Source of the DNA: a virus
Virus record (IMG/VR): IMGVR_UViG_3300032087_006189
Strand: one strand, 5' to 3'
DNA length: 64,000 nt
The notes below the pieces were generated by a model. It was not told the origin of the DNA. It searched no databases and was given only the letters and a program-made list of their open reading frames with translations. This document shows, piece after piece, positions 18,822 to 26,798 of the stretch (position 1 is its first letter; each line of letters starts with the position of its first letter). The position numbers and the translations under genes are program-made.

Positions 18822-19276
18822 CGGTGCCGGTTCCTATAGAAGTCATCGGCAAACCTAGAGTGTGCGGCAGTGGTTGTCCCGGCGTCAAAGCCTGCAAGCA
18901 GGTTTTCCTTGAAGACCTTTTTGCTGGCTTTTCCTCCTACCATGCCTTCTGATAGGCCAATATGCGCAGCCCGTTCCGCTTTTTCGGGGTCGATTCCATG
19001 CTTCTTTGCAAGCTGTGGGATCATGCGAACGGCAGAATCAGACGCATACGGGGATAGATCATCTTTGCGCGCGGACTGCAGATGGTGAACACGGCCATCA
19101 TTTGCCGATCCTTTTAGGTCCCGCACTCCGATTGACCCTTCTCGCAAAGACGCCAAAGCTTGCCTCTTTTCTTCTTTTGACCCCTTGAACCAGCTGGGCA
19201 AGGAGGCAGATGCACCCTTCTCGGACCAAAGGGGATGATCTTCCAGAAGCATTTCGTATGCAGCAAGCTTGTCCAT
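18818..19276 (-). CDS. Leader-bearing hypothetical protein A
   Basis: Start at ATG 19276 (AGGAG RBS): MDKLAAYEMLLEDHPLWSEKGA. Confidence 0.7.
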   Translation of the reverse strand: MDKLAAYEMLLEDHPLWSEKGASASLPSWFKGSKEEKRQALASLREGSIGVRDLKGSANDGRVHHLQSARKDDLSPYASDSAVRMIPQLAKKHGIDPEKAERAAHIGLSEGMVGGKASKKVFKENLLAGFDAGTTTAAHSRFADDFYRNRHR

Positions 19277-19277
19277 G

Positions 19278-19637
19278 TCAGGACTCCTGAAGGCAGTTGT
19301 CCACCAGACCCAGAAACTTCTCGGTGTAGTGACCGTAGTTGAAGAAGGGCTGATCGCACACTTCTTTCGCCCGCACGCCGAGAGACTCGAGCTCGGGAAC
19401 GATCGCAGCACTGAAGGCTTCGGTCTTGCCGAAATGCGCTTCGATGATCTCCGCAAGGAAGTTGCGGAAGTCAGGGTGCCGGACATTGAAGAACTGGTAG
19501 ATCAAGTCGTCGTTCTTGCGCACGATGGTCGCGCGGAAACACTTGCCTCGGTACTCCGCACGGGGAGGAACCGAAAACTTGACCTCGTGTCCTGGCTTTG
19601 AGCGATCAGGATCTTGCATGAAGTCAGGGGTACTCAT
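19278..19637 (-). CDS. Hypothetical protein
   Basis: 119 aa, coupled to its neighbours. Confidence 0.6.
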   Translation of the reverse strand: MSTPDFMQDPDRSKPGHEVKFSVPPRAEYRGKCFRATIVRKNDDLIYQFFNVRHPDFRNFLAEIIEAHFGKTEAFSAAIVPELESLGVRAKEVCDQPFFNYGHYTEKFLGLVDNCLQES

Positions 19638-20209
19638 CAGGCGACATCCACGTAGAGAGTGAAGCGCGCTGCGGTATCCGCATTGTGAAGCACAATGTTT
19701 GCCCAGTTCGCAGAGACAGGGACTTCCATTGCGTACTTTGTCCCAGAGGGAGTGAGGAGGCTCTTGTCGATTGTGAACTCCTTCACATACGCATCGAACT
19801 TCTTGAAAGAAGCATTCTCTGAGAAGTGGAGCCCTACGAACCAGTCTGTTGAGGTGGCCACATCTGGATCTCCCAGATTTGACAGGCGCAGGGACAGATG
19901 GAGATCGTTGGAAGAAGTGGGAGTGTCTACCTCGATCCCAATGATCAACTTCGATGCGTTCGCGACATTGATTCGCGATGAGTAGTACCCAGCAGTGATT
20001 GCCGCCGAGATGGTACCCGACGCCTGCCCGTTGTCGTAGACCGGCGTGGTTGACCGATCCTGTGTCGCGTCGTTGCAGATGATCGACAGGAAACCAGAGC
20101 TGTTGACTGTGTAGTCAGGGCTCCCAACCAAGCCGGGAATGTTGTTCTCTACCAGAAAGTCGACCATGTCGTTTTCATTCTGGACGGTCTTTGATCTGAG
20201 CACAGGCAT
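19637..20209 (-). CDS. Hypothetical beta-rich protein
   Basis: 190 aa, S/T/V-rich, coupled ORF. Confidence 0.6.
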   Translation of the reverse strand: MPVLRSKTVQNENDMVDFLVENNIPGLVGSPDYTVNSSGFLSIICNDATQDRSTTPVYDNGQASGTISAAITAGYYSSRINVANASKLIIGIEVDTPTSSNDLHLSLRLSNLGDPDVATSTDWFVGLHFSENASFKKFDAYVKEFTIDKSLLTPSGTKYAMEVPVSANWANIVLHNADTAARFTLYVDVA

Positions 20210-21072
20210 TATCTGCTCTCCGACTGGAGGATTTCATCGCGGGATCTGTTGCTGACAGACCCGGTTGGTGCCAAGTCTATCAAACTGGGCACCTTTTTGT
20301 TGCCGTGAAGAACTTTGAACTTCTCGAACTTCTTGAGCGTTTCCTGGAGCGCGGTGTCTCCAGCCTGAACGCGCTCATCGATTCGCGCAAGGCCGCGGGC
20401 AAGGTTGCCCAGCATCTCTACCTTCTTATCCGACAGCGGAAGCGTCCGAGTCTCGAGGAAGGTGTGGTACAGCTCTGCCCGCACTTCCATCATAATCTTC
20501 TTGCCGTCAAGTTCGCGACGAAGACCGAGACGGTAGCCAGCAGCCTCTGGGCCTGCGCGCACAGCAAGCTGGTACGCAGACTTGAGGTGGTATGTCCTCT
20601 CAGAGGAATCTCGTTCGAGGTACTCAGCCCAGTTCCCGATTCCCATGATGTCCGGGTTCCAGAAGTAGTGCTTAAACTCGGCAATCGCCAAGTCAGATAC
20701 CTCGTGCCCGAGCTCTTTTAGCTGGTGCGATGCTTCGTGGAACGGGACTCCACTCATCACCAGTGTCTCTGTCTTTTCGCGCAGAGTGGGTGAAAGCAGA
20801 ATCTTCTCACGCATTTCTGTCGTGTGCTTGTCGGGATGCACAAGCGAGTAGATCTTGTGCTTCCGCAACCAGCGCGTTGTGGGACGATGCTTAGAATCCC
20901 ACGGGCGAAAGTCAGCAGGGACCTTCGACACTGACTCTTGGCAGCGCCGAAAGTCCTCTTCGCCAATCTCCGACAGGCCGTGAACCTCAAGGTTCAGATT
21001 TACGTCGTCATGGGACAGAGCTGCCCCAATCACGAGAAGGTATTTGACGAAGTATTCTGCTGGATGAGCCAC
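20209..21072 (-). CDS. Hypothetical helical protein (terminase small subunit candidate)
   Basis: 287 aa with an HTH-like centre and C-terminal coiled coil, ~3 kb upstream of terL; function speculative. Confidence 0.5.
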   Translation of the reverse strand: MAHPAEYFVKYLLVIGAALSHDDVNLNLEVHGLSEIGEEDFRRCQESVSKVPADFRPWDSKHRPTTRWLRKHKIYSLVHPDKHTTEMREKILLSPTLREKTETLVMSGVPFHEASHQLKELGHEVSDLAIAEFKHYFWNPDIMGIGNWAEYLERDSSERTYHLKSAYQLAVRAGPEAAGYRLGLRRELDGKKIMMEVRAELYHTFLETRTLPLSDKKVEMLGNLARGLARIDERVQAGDTALQETLKKFEKFKVLHGNKKVPSLIDLAPTGSVSNRSRDEILQSESR

Positions 21073-21084
21073 TGCTTAGAGTCC

Positions 21085-21633
21085 TTAGTAGCGGTACGGG
21101 CTACCGTAATGACGCCCGTAGTCATCTCTGCGGTCCACACGCCGCTCAAGCCGATCAAATCTGCGCATCTGTTCGCGATGCCTACGGTCACGCTCGTACG
21201 CCTCGGCTTCGCGCCGTGCGCGCACCTGAGCCAGTCCAATATTGATCGTATGCTGCCGGTACTTCCCAGATCGGTTTAGTGCCTGCATACGCTTGATCTC
21301 GTCTGCATCCGCCGCGGACATGACCCCGCCGATGAGTCCGCCGGTCAGACCGCCTCCGATCACGCCGCCGACTACGCCTGGGACCCCGGCCCCAAGTCCG
21401 ACCAGACCGCCGAGCCCTGCACCAAGTCCTCCCCCGACAAGCACCGCTTTGCCGAGAGGAGTCCTCTTTTCCTTGCCCTTGGCCTTGGCGTACGCCTTCA
21501 TCTTGCCCGTACGCTCCTTTATGGGCTCGAGAGCCTCAGAGACATCTGGCTGAGAGGCGCCAAAGACATATGCCTCCTTCGTCCACAAAGGGTGATCTTC
21601 CAAAATCAGTTCGTATGCTGCGAGCTTGTCCAT
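21085..21633 (-). CDS. Leader-bearing glycine-zipper protein B
   Basis: MDKLAAYELILEDHPLWTKEA followed by a long GxxxG zipper. Confidence 0.75.
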   Translation of the reverse strand: MDKLAAYELILEDHPLWTKEAYVFGASQPDVSEALEPIKERTGKMKAYAKAKGKEKRTPLGKAVLVGGGLGAGLGGLVGLGAGVPGVVGGVIGGGLTGGLIGGVMSAADADEIKRMQALNRSGKYRQHTINIGLAQVRARREAEAYERDRRHREQMRRFDRLERRVDRRDDYGRHYGSPYRY

Positions 21634-21647
21634 ATCAGAACCTCTTT

Positions 21648-22037
21648 TTATAGGATCTTGGTGGGCCCACCACTAGGTGCCGTAGTAGCGTACTGTGAAA
21701 GATCGATGTCATCCGGGCCCAAGTCGGTGAGCTGCTTGGGGGCCGTCTTCTTTGGCAGCATCTTCTGTCCGCTTCCGCCGCGACGAGAAAGCCGGTTGAT
21801 GCCAACTCCTGCAAGGCCTCCAGCAAGCGCTCCGCCTGCAGCCCCGGCAAGCATCCGACCCCTCTTCTTGTCGGGGTCGTCTGTAGACGCGCTACCAGCC
21901 GCTCCTCCGGCTATGCCACCCGCCGCAGCTGTAGCCGCGGGGACCCCGAAGGCGCGAAGCTTGGACATAGAGGAGCCCTCTTTGGTCCAGAGAGGATCTT
22001 GGACCAGTAGCATTTCATAAGCAGCGATCTTGTCCAT
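21648..22037 (-). CDS. Leader-bearing glycine-zipper protein C
   Basis: MDKIAAYEMLLVQDPLWTKEG followed by two Gly/Ala zippers; GAGGA RBS. Confidence 0.75.
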   Translation of the reverse strand: MDKIAAYEMLLVQDPLWTKEGSSMSKLRAFGVPAATAAAGGIAGGAAGSASTDDPDKKRGRMLAGAAGGALAGGLAGVGINRLSRRGGSGQKMLPKKTAPKQLTDLGPDDIDLSQYATTAPSGGPTKIL

Positions 22038-22044
22038 AATTTCC

Positions 22045-23541
22045 TCACACAGAATAGGACTTGAGAGACTTGAGGCCGTTGATCACATCCTCAAGTGCGA
22101 ACATCGCCCGGACTGCAGCAGTCTTGGGGATGCTCTGAAGACCGACCTGCGCGGCAAGAACCACACTGGCAAGCTTGGTCGAGGCTTCCTCAAGCTGTGG
22201 AAGGAACTCGATGTAGGTATCGACGTTCTCCGGGTTGAGGAAGTTGAGAGAAAGTACCGCGTCTACGGAAGCGGTGTCCACCAGTGCTGATGCCTTCTTG
22301 TCGAAGGTGATCGCTGAGATCTCCTTCAGGAGATTCACGCGCTGGGGGATTGCTGTATCCAGCATCTCTGCCGCGGCTTCCTTGAGCGAGTCTTCGTAGT
22401 GCTCTTCCCGCGTCGAGAGGGGCTGTAGACCGAACATGCGAATGGGCTGACCAGAAGAAGCAGCCTTTTCGAGCACGGCGGCACTGAGGTTCTGCGGCAT
22501 ACCTGCAGCAGCCAGCCAGAAGACGCCATCCACCCAGTCGTGCTCACCAGAGCCGACCTTCTCAAAGACCGGTCCGCCCAGTCGGCAGCCGCCGTCCCAT
22601 GCGCGAATCTCGACCATGGTGTGATGAGCGTTGGCCTGAGCCGCCTTCATCAGTTCCTGGCCCATCGAGAGCTGGACGGGGTTCTCGAGCGGCATGAACT
22701 TGAAGTCGGGCGGGATTGCGATGTCCGTGGTGGACGACGCAACGGGCTTCATCAGACCGGGTGACGGGATGATTCGCAGATCGTTCCCGTTCATGTCCTG
22801 TGCCGCGAAGTAGCCCTTGCCCTCAACCTCCACCTTCGTGACGATGTTGTAGGGCACAGTACACATGATGGCCTTGCCGTTGGTCTTTACGAAGACCCCA
22901 AGGCCGCGCACTTCCGCCTTGTCCGGGATCGGAAGGTTGTAGTTCACTCCCACCAAGACACCGGTGACCATGGGCTGAACTGCGTAGGCGCTTCCGTTCG
23001 TGAACAGGCTCATTCCCGAAGGACCGCCCTGCACTGGGTCAAACAGTCCAGGGATGACATAGCCAACCAGCTGCTTGCCTGTGGCAGCATTGGTCACCTT
23101 GTACATGCCGAAGCCTTGGGCAGGAGCAGCCTGCTCCGCCATGGGATCGGGCTCAGCCTGCACATTGGTCAGCGTTGCAGCGCCCTGCTGATCTGCTGCC
23201 TGAAGCATCTCAGGGGGAAGAGCCTGCTGCGCCTGCTGGGCACTGACCTGAGTTTCTTGCGGAGCCATTCCCTGCGGAGCAGCGGACACCTTGATGCTGT
23301 AGCCGTAGCCGGATGGACGAACCTGGATGACATCAGTGCCATAGCTAAAAGCTGATGAGGCAATCGAGGCCAGCTTCGATACCGGCTCGATGGGCCGCGA
23401 GGTCAGGCGATGCAGACACTCCATCACGGACGCGTTCTTTTCGATCATGCGGCGGACTGCAGGATCTTCAAACTCATCGTTGAAGCGCTGAAAATCAGAC
23501 TCGTTGATGGTACCGGCGATTGCCGAACAGATGGTGCTCAT
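22045..23541 (-). CDS. Head-region core protein with K-x-A motifs
   Basis: Start MSTICS (ATGA overlap); EKNAS, SKLAS, EKAAS, LKEAA, DKKAS, TKLAS, PKTAA. Confidence 0.65.
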   Translation of the reverse strand: MSTICSAIAGTINESDFQRFNDEFEDPAVRRMIEKNASVMECLHRLTSRPIEPVSKLASIASSAFSYGTDVIQVRPSGYGYSIKVSAAPQGMAPQETQVSAQQAQQALPPEMLQAADQQGAATLTNVQAEPDPMAEQAAPAQGFGMYKVTNAATGKQLVGYVIPGLFDPVQGGPSGMSLFTNGSAYAVQPMVTGVLVGVNYNLPIPDKAEVRGLGVFVKTNGKAIMCTVPYNIVTKVEVEGKGYFAAQDMNGNDLRIIPSPGLMKPVASSTTDIAIPPDFKFMPLENPVQLSMGQELMKAAQANAHHTMVEIRAWDGGCRLGGPVFEKVGSGEHDWVDGVFWLAAAGMPQNLSAAVLEKAASSGQPIRMFGLQPLSTREEHYEDSLKEAAAEMLDTAIPQRVNLLKEISAITFDKKASALVDTASVDAVLSLNFLNPENVDTYIEFLPQLEEASTKLASVVLAAQVGLQSIPKTAAVRAMFALEDVINGLKSLKSYSV

Positions 23542-23786
23542 TTCAGAAATCTCCGGCGAAGTCTCTCGGCTACGGTGGGGGCAGAGGAAGTCTTCATGCG
23601 CCCAGCGGCAACAAAATCGTCGCACACACTGGCGGGCTCTGCCTCAAAAGAAAACTGCTCGCAGTATCCAGATCCATCGTTGGTTGCTCTGAAGTACGAA
23701 CAGACCTCACAGCGGTTATCCCCCGCTGTGGGGCCATAGTTGGGAGCGTCTTCAACTCCCGCTATTTTTGGGAAAAAGTGAAACAT
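23538..23786 (-). CDS. Small 4-Cys protein, HiPIP-like spacing
   Basis: Y..CEVCSYF...GYCEQF......VCDDF, flanked by PKIAG and MKTSS. Confidence 0.55.
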   Translation of the reverse strand: MFHFFPKIAGVEDAPNYGPTAGDNRCEVCSYFRATNDGSGYCEQFSFEAEPASVCDDFVAAGRMKTSSAPTVAERLRRRFLK

Positions 23787-25699
23787 CAGGAAGCCGGGGC
23801 GGTGGGCGGAGCGTCCGCAATGTCACGCCACTTGTCTTCGCGCTTGCGGAACATGTTTTTGAGGCGAGCACCGACTCCTGCCTTTGCCTGGCGAGCCTGC
23901 TCTGCGGCGGCCTCTCGGGCTCCAGCAGCCATGTTGGGAACCGCGTTACGAACCTGCCTCTCTACTCTCTTGTCGATGTCAGAAACATGCTGCCCCATAG
24001 CTTCGTTGATTTTGTCGACCTTCTTGTCCAGTGTCTTATCGACTTCCTTCATAGCTTCTCGCGCGGCATCTCTGGCCTTACGGTCCATGAAGGTTCCGGC
24101 TTCATCAGCGACACGCTTGATTTGCGGTACCGCCAGCTTCTTCACTGCGGCCGTACCGCCAACCCCGAGTCCACCTCCCACTGCGGCGTCAATTGCCGCC
24201 GATCCTGCGTACTCCTTCACGCGCCGCTTGAACTCATTGGAGTCAATCTTCCCGGAACGTCGATCTCGCATGTCTTGGATCATCTGATTCTTGTTTTTCA
24301 GCAGGGATCGAGTTCCCATGGCTCCTGCACCAAGGGTTCCCATTGCGACATACGGGTTCTTGAGTACGGAAGCAGACTTTACTGCCTGCGGATCCTCAAG
24401 GGTTCCTACTCTCGGCATCCCGATCTCGGCTCGCTGCTGCTGACGCTTGGCAAGTCCGCGCTCCTTGAGGCCGATATTTGCGGCGGAAATCGCACCAGAG
24501 GTAATAAGCCCCTGCTTCATTCCCTTTTTTGCCCCAGCTTGTATCGCCTTCAGTCCACCCTTTCGGGCTCCAAAGCCTCCTCGGACGCCAGCTACCGCAA
24601 GTCCTGCACCTACCGGAAGAGCAAGGTTCTTGAGATTTGACTTGAGCCGGCCCCCGAGCCCTTTCTGGGCCTGGTATCGGTCTTCAGTCTCTCGTCCGCG
24701 CAGCTTTGCGATGGTGCGAAGGCGGTCAGGGTCCATGGTGAACGCATCTGCTTGCGCCCCCTTCTCTTGGAAGTAGACACCGGGAAGCCCGGCGGCAGAT
24801 GTAACGCCGCCACCAATCAGCGCTCCCTTCAGTGCCGACTTCTTGGCATCTGATCTGTGCATTTCGGAGGCATCTCGGAGCATTTCCTTTGCGGTATCTC
24901 CCAGCTCCCTTGCGCGGGCAGACAGGTACTGGCGCTGCGTGCCGCTAAATGCCTTACGGGCGCCGGCCTTCGCTGCTGCAGCTTGATCGGCCAGTCGCTT
25001 GAACTTCTTTGAACTGCGGAGAACTCCCTCCGCCTTCATGGCGCGCAGTGCCCCCGGCGCGTACCCAAGGCCGGCACCAAGACCGATTCCCGTACCGATC
25101 ATGTGCGCGACATTTGCACGGCGCTGTGTCGTATCTCTCGCGTTGCTGCCTCTGGGGCGAGGATTGGGAGCAGAGGAAAGCTTGGTGACGCCCATCGACG
25201 AAGTTCCAGCCCCAACAGTCCGGCCGAAGCCCTGACGCTGCTGGTACGGCGGGTACATCTGGTCGATGAGGGACTTCTGGCGGTGCGGCTGGCGTGCTGG
25301 ACCTTCGAAGACTGCGGGATTGAGCAGGGCAGCCTCGACCCTCTCTGAAGTCAGGGGATAGACATTGCCACCCAGCTCGAAGGTATGGAAGGGCTGGAGC
25401 TGTCGATCTGCGATGATCACGGGGATCTTGATCATGTTCTGCGGGTTCTTCGACTCGGTCGCTGCAGCGGGATCGTTCTTCGCCATCAGCAGTGCATGGC
25501 CGAAAGCAAACCCAGCCTCGGGCTCTACCCGCTGCAGGCTCAGATCGACCTCGTACTGACTGAGGAAGGGCAGCTGCTGGTGCAGATTGCTCAGCACATG
25601 CGCGGGCCACTTCGTGTCGTCATCCGGCATCTTGGCAATCGACGCCTGCTTCTCGAAGAAAGCATGCGGATCGACCTCGGGAAGGAAAAGAGGGGTCAT
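23786..25699 (-). CDS. Globular N-domain plus several glycine-zipper modules
   Basis: FFEKQAS, TKLSS, EKGA and VKSAS delimit the modules; GAGG RBS. Confidence 0.7.
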   Translation of the reverse strand: MTPLFLPEVDPHAFFEKQASIAKMPDDDTKWPAHVLSNLHQQLPFLSQYEVDLSLQRVEPEAGFAFGHALLMAKNDPAAATESKNPQNMIKIPVIIADRQLQPFHTFELGGNVYPLTSERVEAALLNPAVFEGPARQPHRQKSLIDQMYPPYQQRQGFGRTVGAGTSSMGVTKLSSAPNPRPRGSNARDTTQRRANVAHMIGTGIGLGAGLGYAPGALRAMKAEGVLRSSKKFKRLADQAAAAKAGARKAFSGTQRQYLSARARELGDTAKEMLRDASEMHRSDAKKSALKGALIGGGVTSAAGLPGVYFQEKGAQADAFTMDPDRLRTIAKLRGRETEDRYQAQKGLGGRLKSNLKNLALPVGAGLAVAGVRGGFGARKGGLKAIQAGAKKGMKQGLITSGAISAANIGLKERGLAKRQQQRAEIGMPRVGTLEDPQAVKSASVLKNPYVAMGTLGAGAMGTRSLLKNKNQMIQDMRDRRSGKIDSNEFKRRVKEYAGSAAIDAAVGGGLGVGGTAAVKKLAVPQIKRVADEAGTFMDRKARDAAREAMKEVDKTLDKKVDKINEAMGQHVSDIDKRVERQVRNAVPNMAAGAREAAAEQARQAKAGVGARLKNMFRKREDKWRDIADAPPTAPAS

Positions 25700-25714
25700 G
25701 GTGTCCTCGAGGAT

Positions 25715-26791
25715 TCAGTCAGTCTCAAGAGTACTTGAGAGAAGCGGTGCCCGGTCAGAGAGTGACGCTACAATATCACTTAGCAGCAAATCTGTCTGTG
25801 TTGTCGGATAGCCCAGTGTATTCAGGGCGGTCTTAATCTCAGTCAGAGATGCGCTGAGTTTTGTGAGAAAAGTCGTCCCCTGTACTACGGGCTCGGTAGT
25901 GCCAGTATCAAGAGTCTTTGCGACTCGAATCTTCTCATTGGTCTCGATAAGCGTGGCGCCGTTTCTCGCGACCCCGAGATTTAGGGCAGTCGGCTCTCCG
26001 AAGTAGAGGGTTTCTTGGCTCTTGACCTGGAAGGAGACAACCCTCTTTGCGGGATCTGGCGCAGACGGCTGAAGTGTGGTGACCGTCTCCACGGTGCCGT
26101 CTGACAAGATCAAGGGCTTCGTAACGGGGAGGAGCGGAGGCTCAGGAATCGGGGCATCGAGCTCGATTCTCGCACCCTCGGTGTTGCCCATTTGAGTGCG
26201 GACAGTCCAGGACTTTGCCGTAGCGAACTCCTTGACCTCCTCCGTTTTTCTCGTGGTCAGATCTCCGAAGTTGTCCTCTTCCCTTGTCAGGGTCTTCCAC
26301 TCGGTCGATCCCCCAAGAGTCTCGACCTTCCAGTTCTCAGCAATGCAGAGCAGCTGGTTCTTGAATGGATTGGTGATGATACGCGAAAGAGCAGTTCCTC
26401 GAAGCTCGGTCACTCCTCCTCTGCGCACAATCAGACCATTCCCATCTCGAGTCAGGACAGTCATGTCCCCCGGGTTCAGGAACGGGCGGTTGGAATGATA
26501 GGAGCCAGGCTGCCCATCTTCTGTGCTCGCAGAAGCAAACGGCGCAGAGAGAAGCAGGAACGACTCGCTGCCGTCGGACGGGACGCAGACAAATACCTGC
26601 GCCCCGATTTCTGGCATGTAGTGAACTCCCTCTCCGAACGGAGTCGAGTACAGAGAGGGAATCGTGACGTTCTGAAAGCTTCTTTTTGCAGCGAGGCAAT
26701 CGACCACACAGACCCATCGGGATGGATCAACGGAAGTAATCCTTCCCTGATAGATACGGGCATCTACAGGCTGTAGGCCGGAAGAGGGCAT
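25715..26791 (-). CDS. Baseplate spike/hub (gpV/gp5 OB-fold) protein
   Basis: GRITSVDP...YMPEIGAQVFV N-terminal OB-fold signature, then beta repeats. Confidence 0.6.
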   Translation of the reverse strand: MPSSGLQPVDARIYQGRITSVDPSRWVCVVDCLAAKRSFQNVTIPSLYSTPFGEGVHYMPEIGAQVFVCVPSDGSESFLLLSAPFASASTEDGQPGSYHSNRPFLNPGDMTVLTRDGNGLIVRRGGVTELRGTALSRIITNPFKNQLLCIAENWKVETLGGSTEWKTLTREEDNFGDLTTRKTEEVKEFATAKSWTVRTQMGNTEGARIELDAPIPEPPLLPVTKPLILSDGTVETVTTLQPSAPDPAKRVVSFQVKSQETLYFGEPTALNLGVARNGATLIETNEKIRVAKTLDTGTTEPVVQGTTFLTKLSASLTEIKTALNTLGYPTTQTDLLLSDIVASLSDRAPLLSSTLETD

Positions 26792-26798
26792 TCTGTTC

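Noticed and set aside
19277-19486. N-terminal 70 aa of the ORF-track call 18818-19486
   Set aside because: Overlaps gene 19278-19637; the RBS and shared leader place the start at 19276. Similar over-extended starts were trimmed for terL, dnaG, recA and others.
21085-22037. Bacterial bacteriocin/RiPP cluster (conserved leader plus Gly-rich core)
   Set aside because: No transporter, peptidase-ABC or modification enzymes nearby; leaders end in the K-x-A/G motif shared with capsid proteins rather than a double-glycine site.
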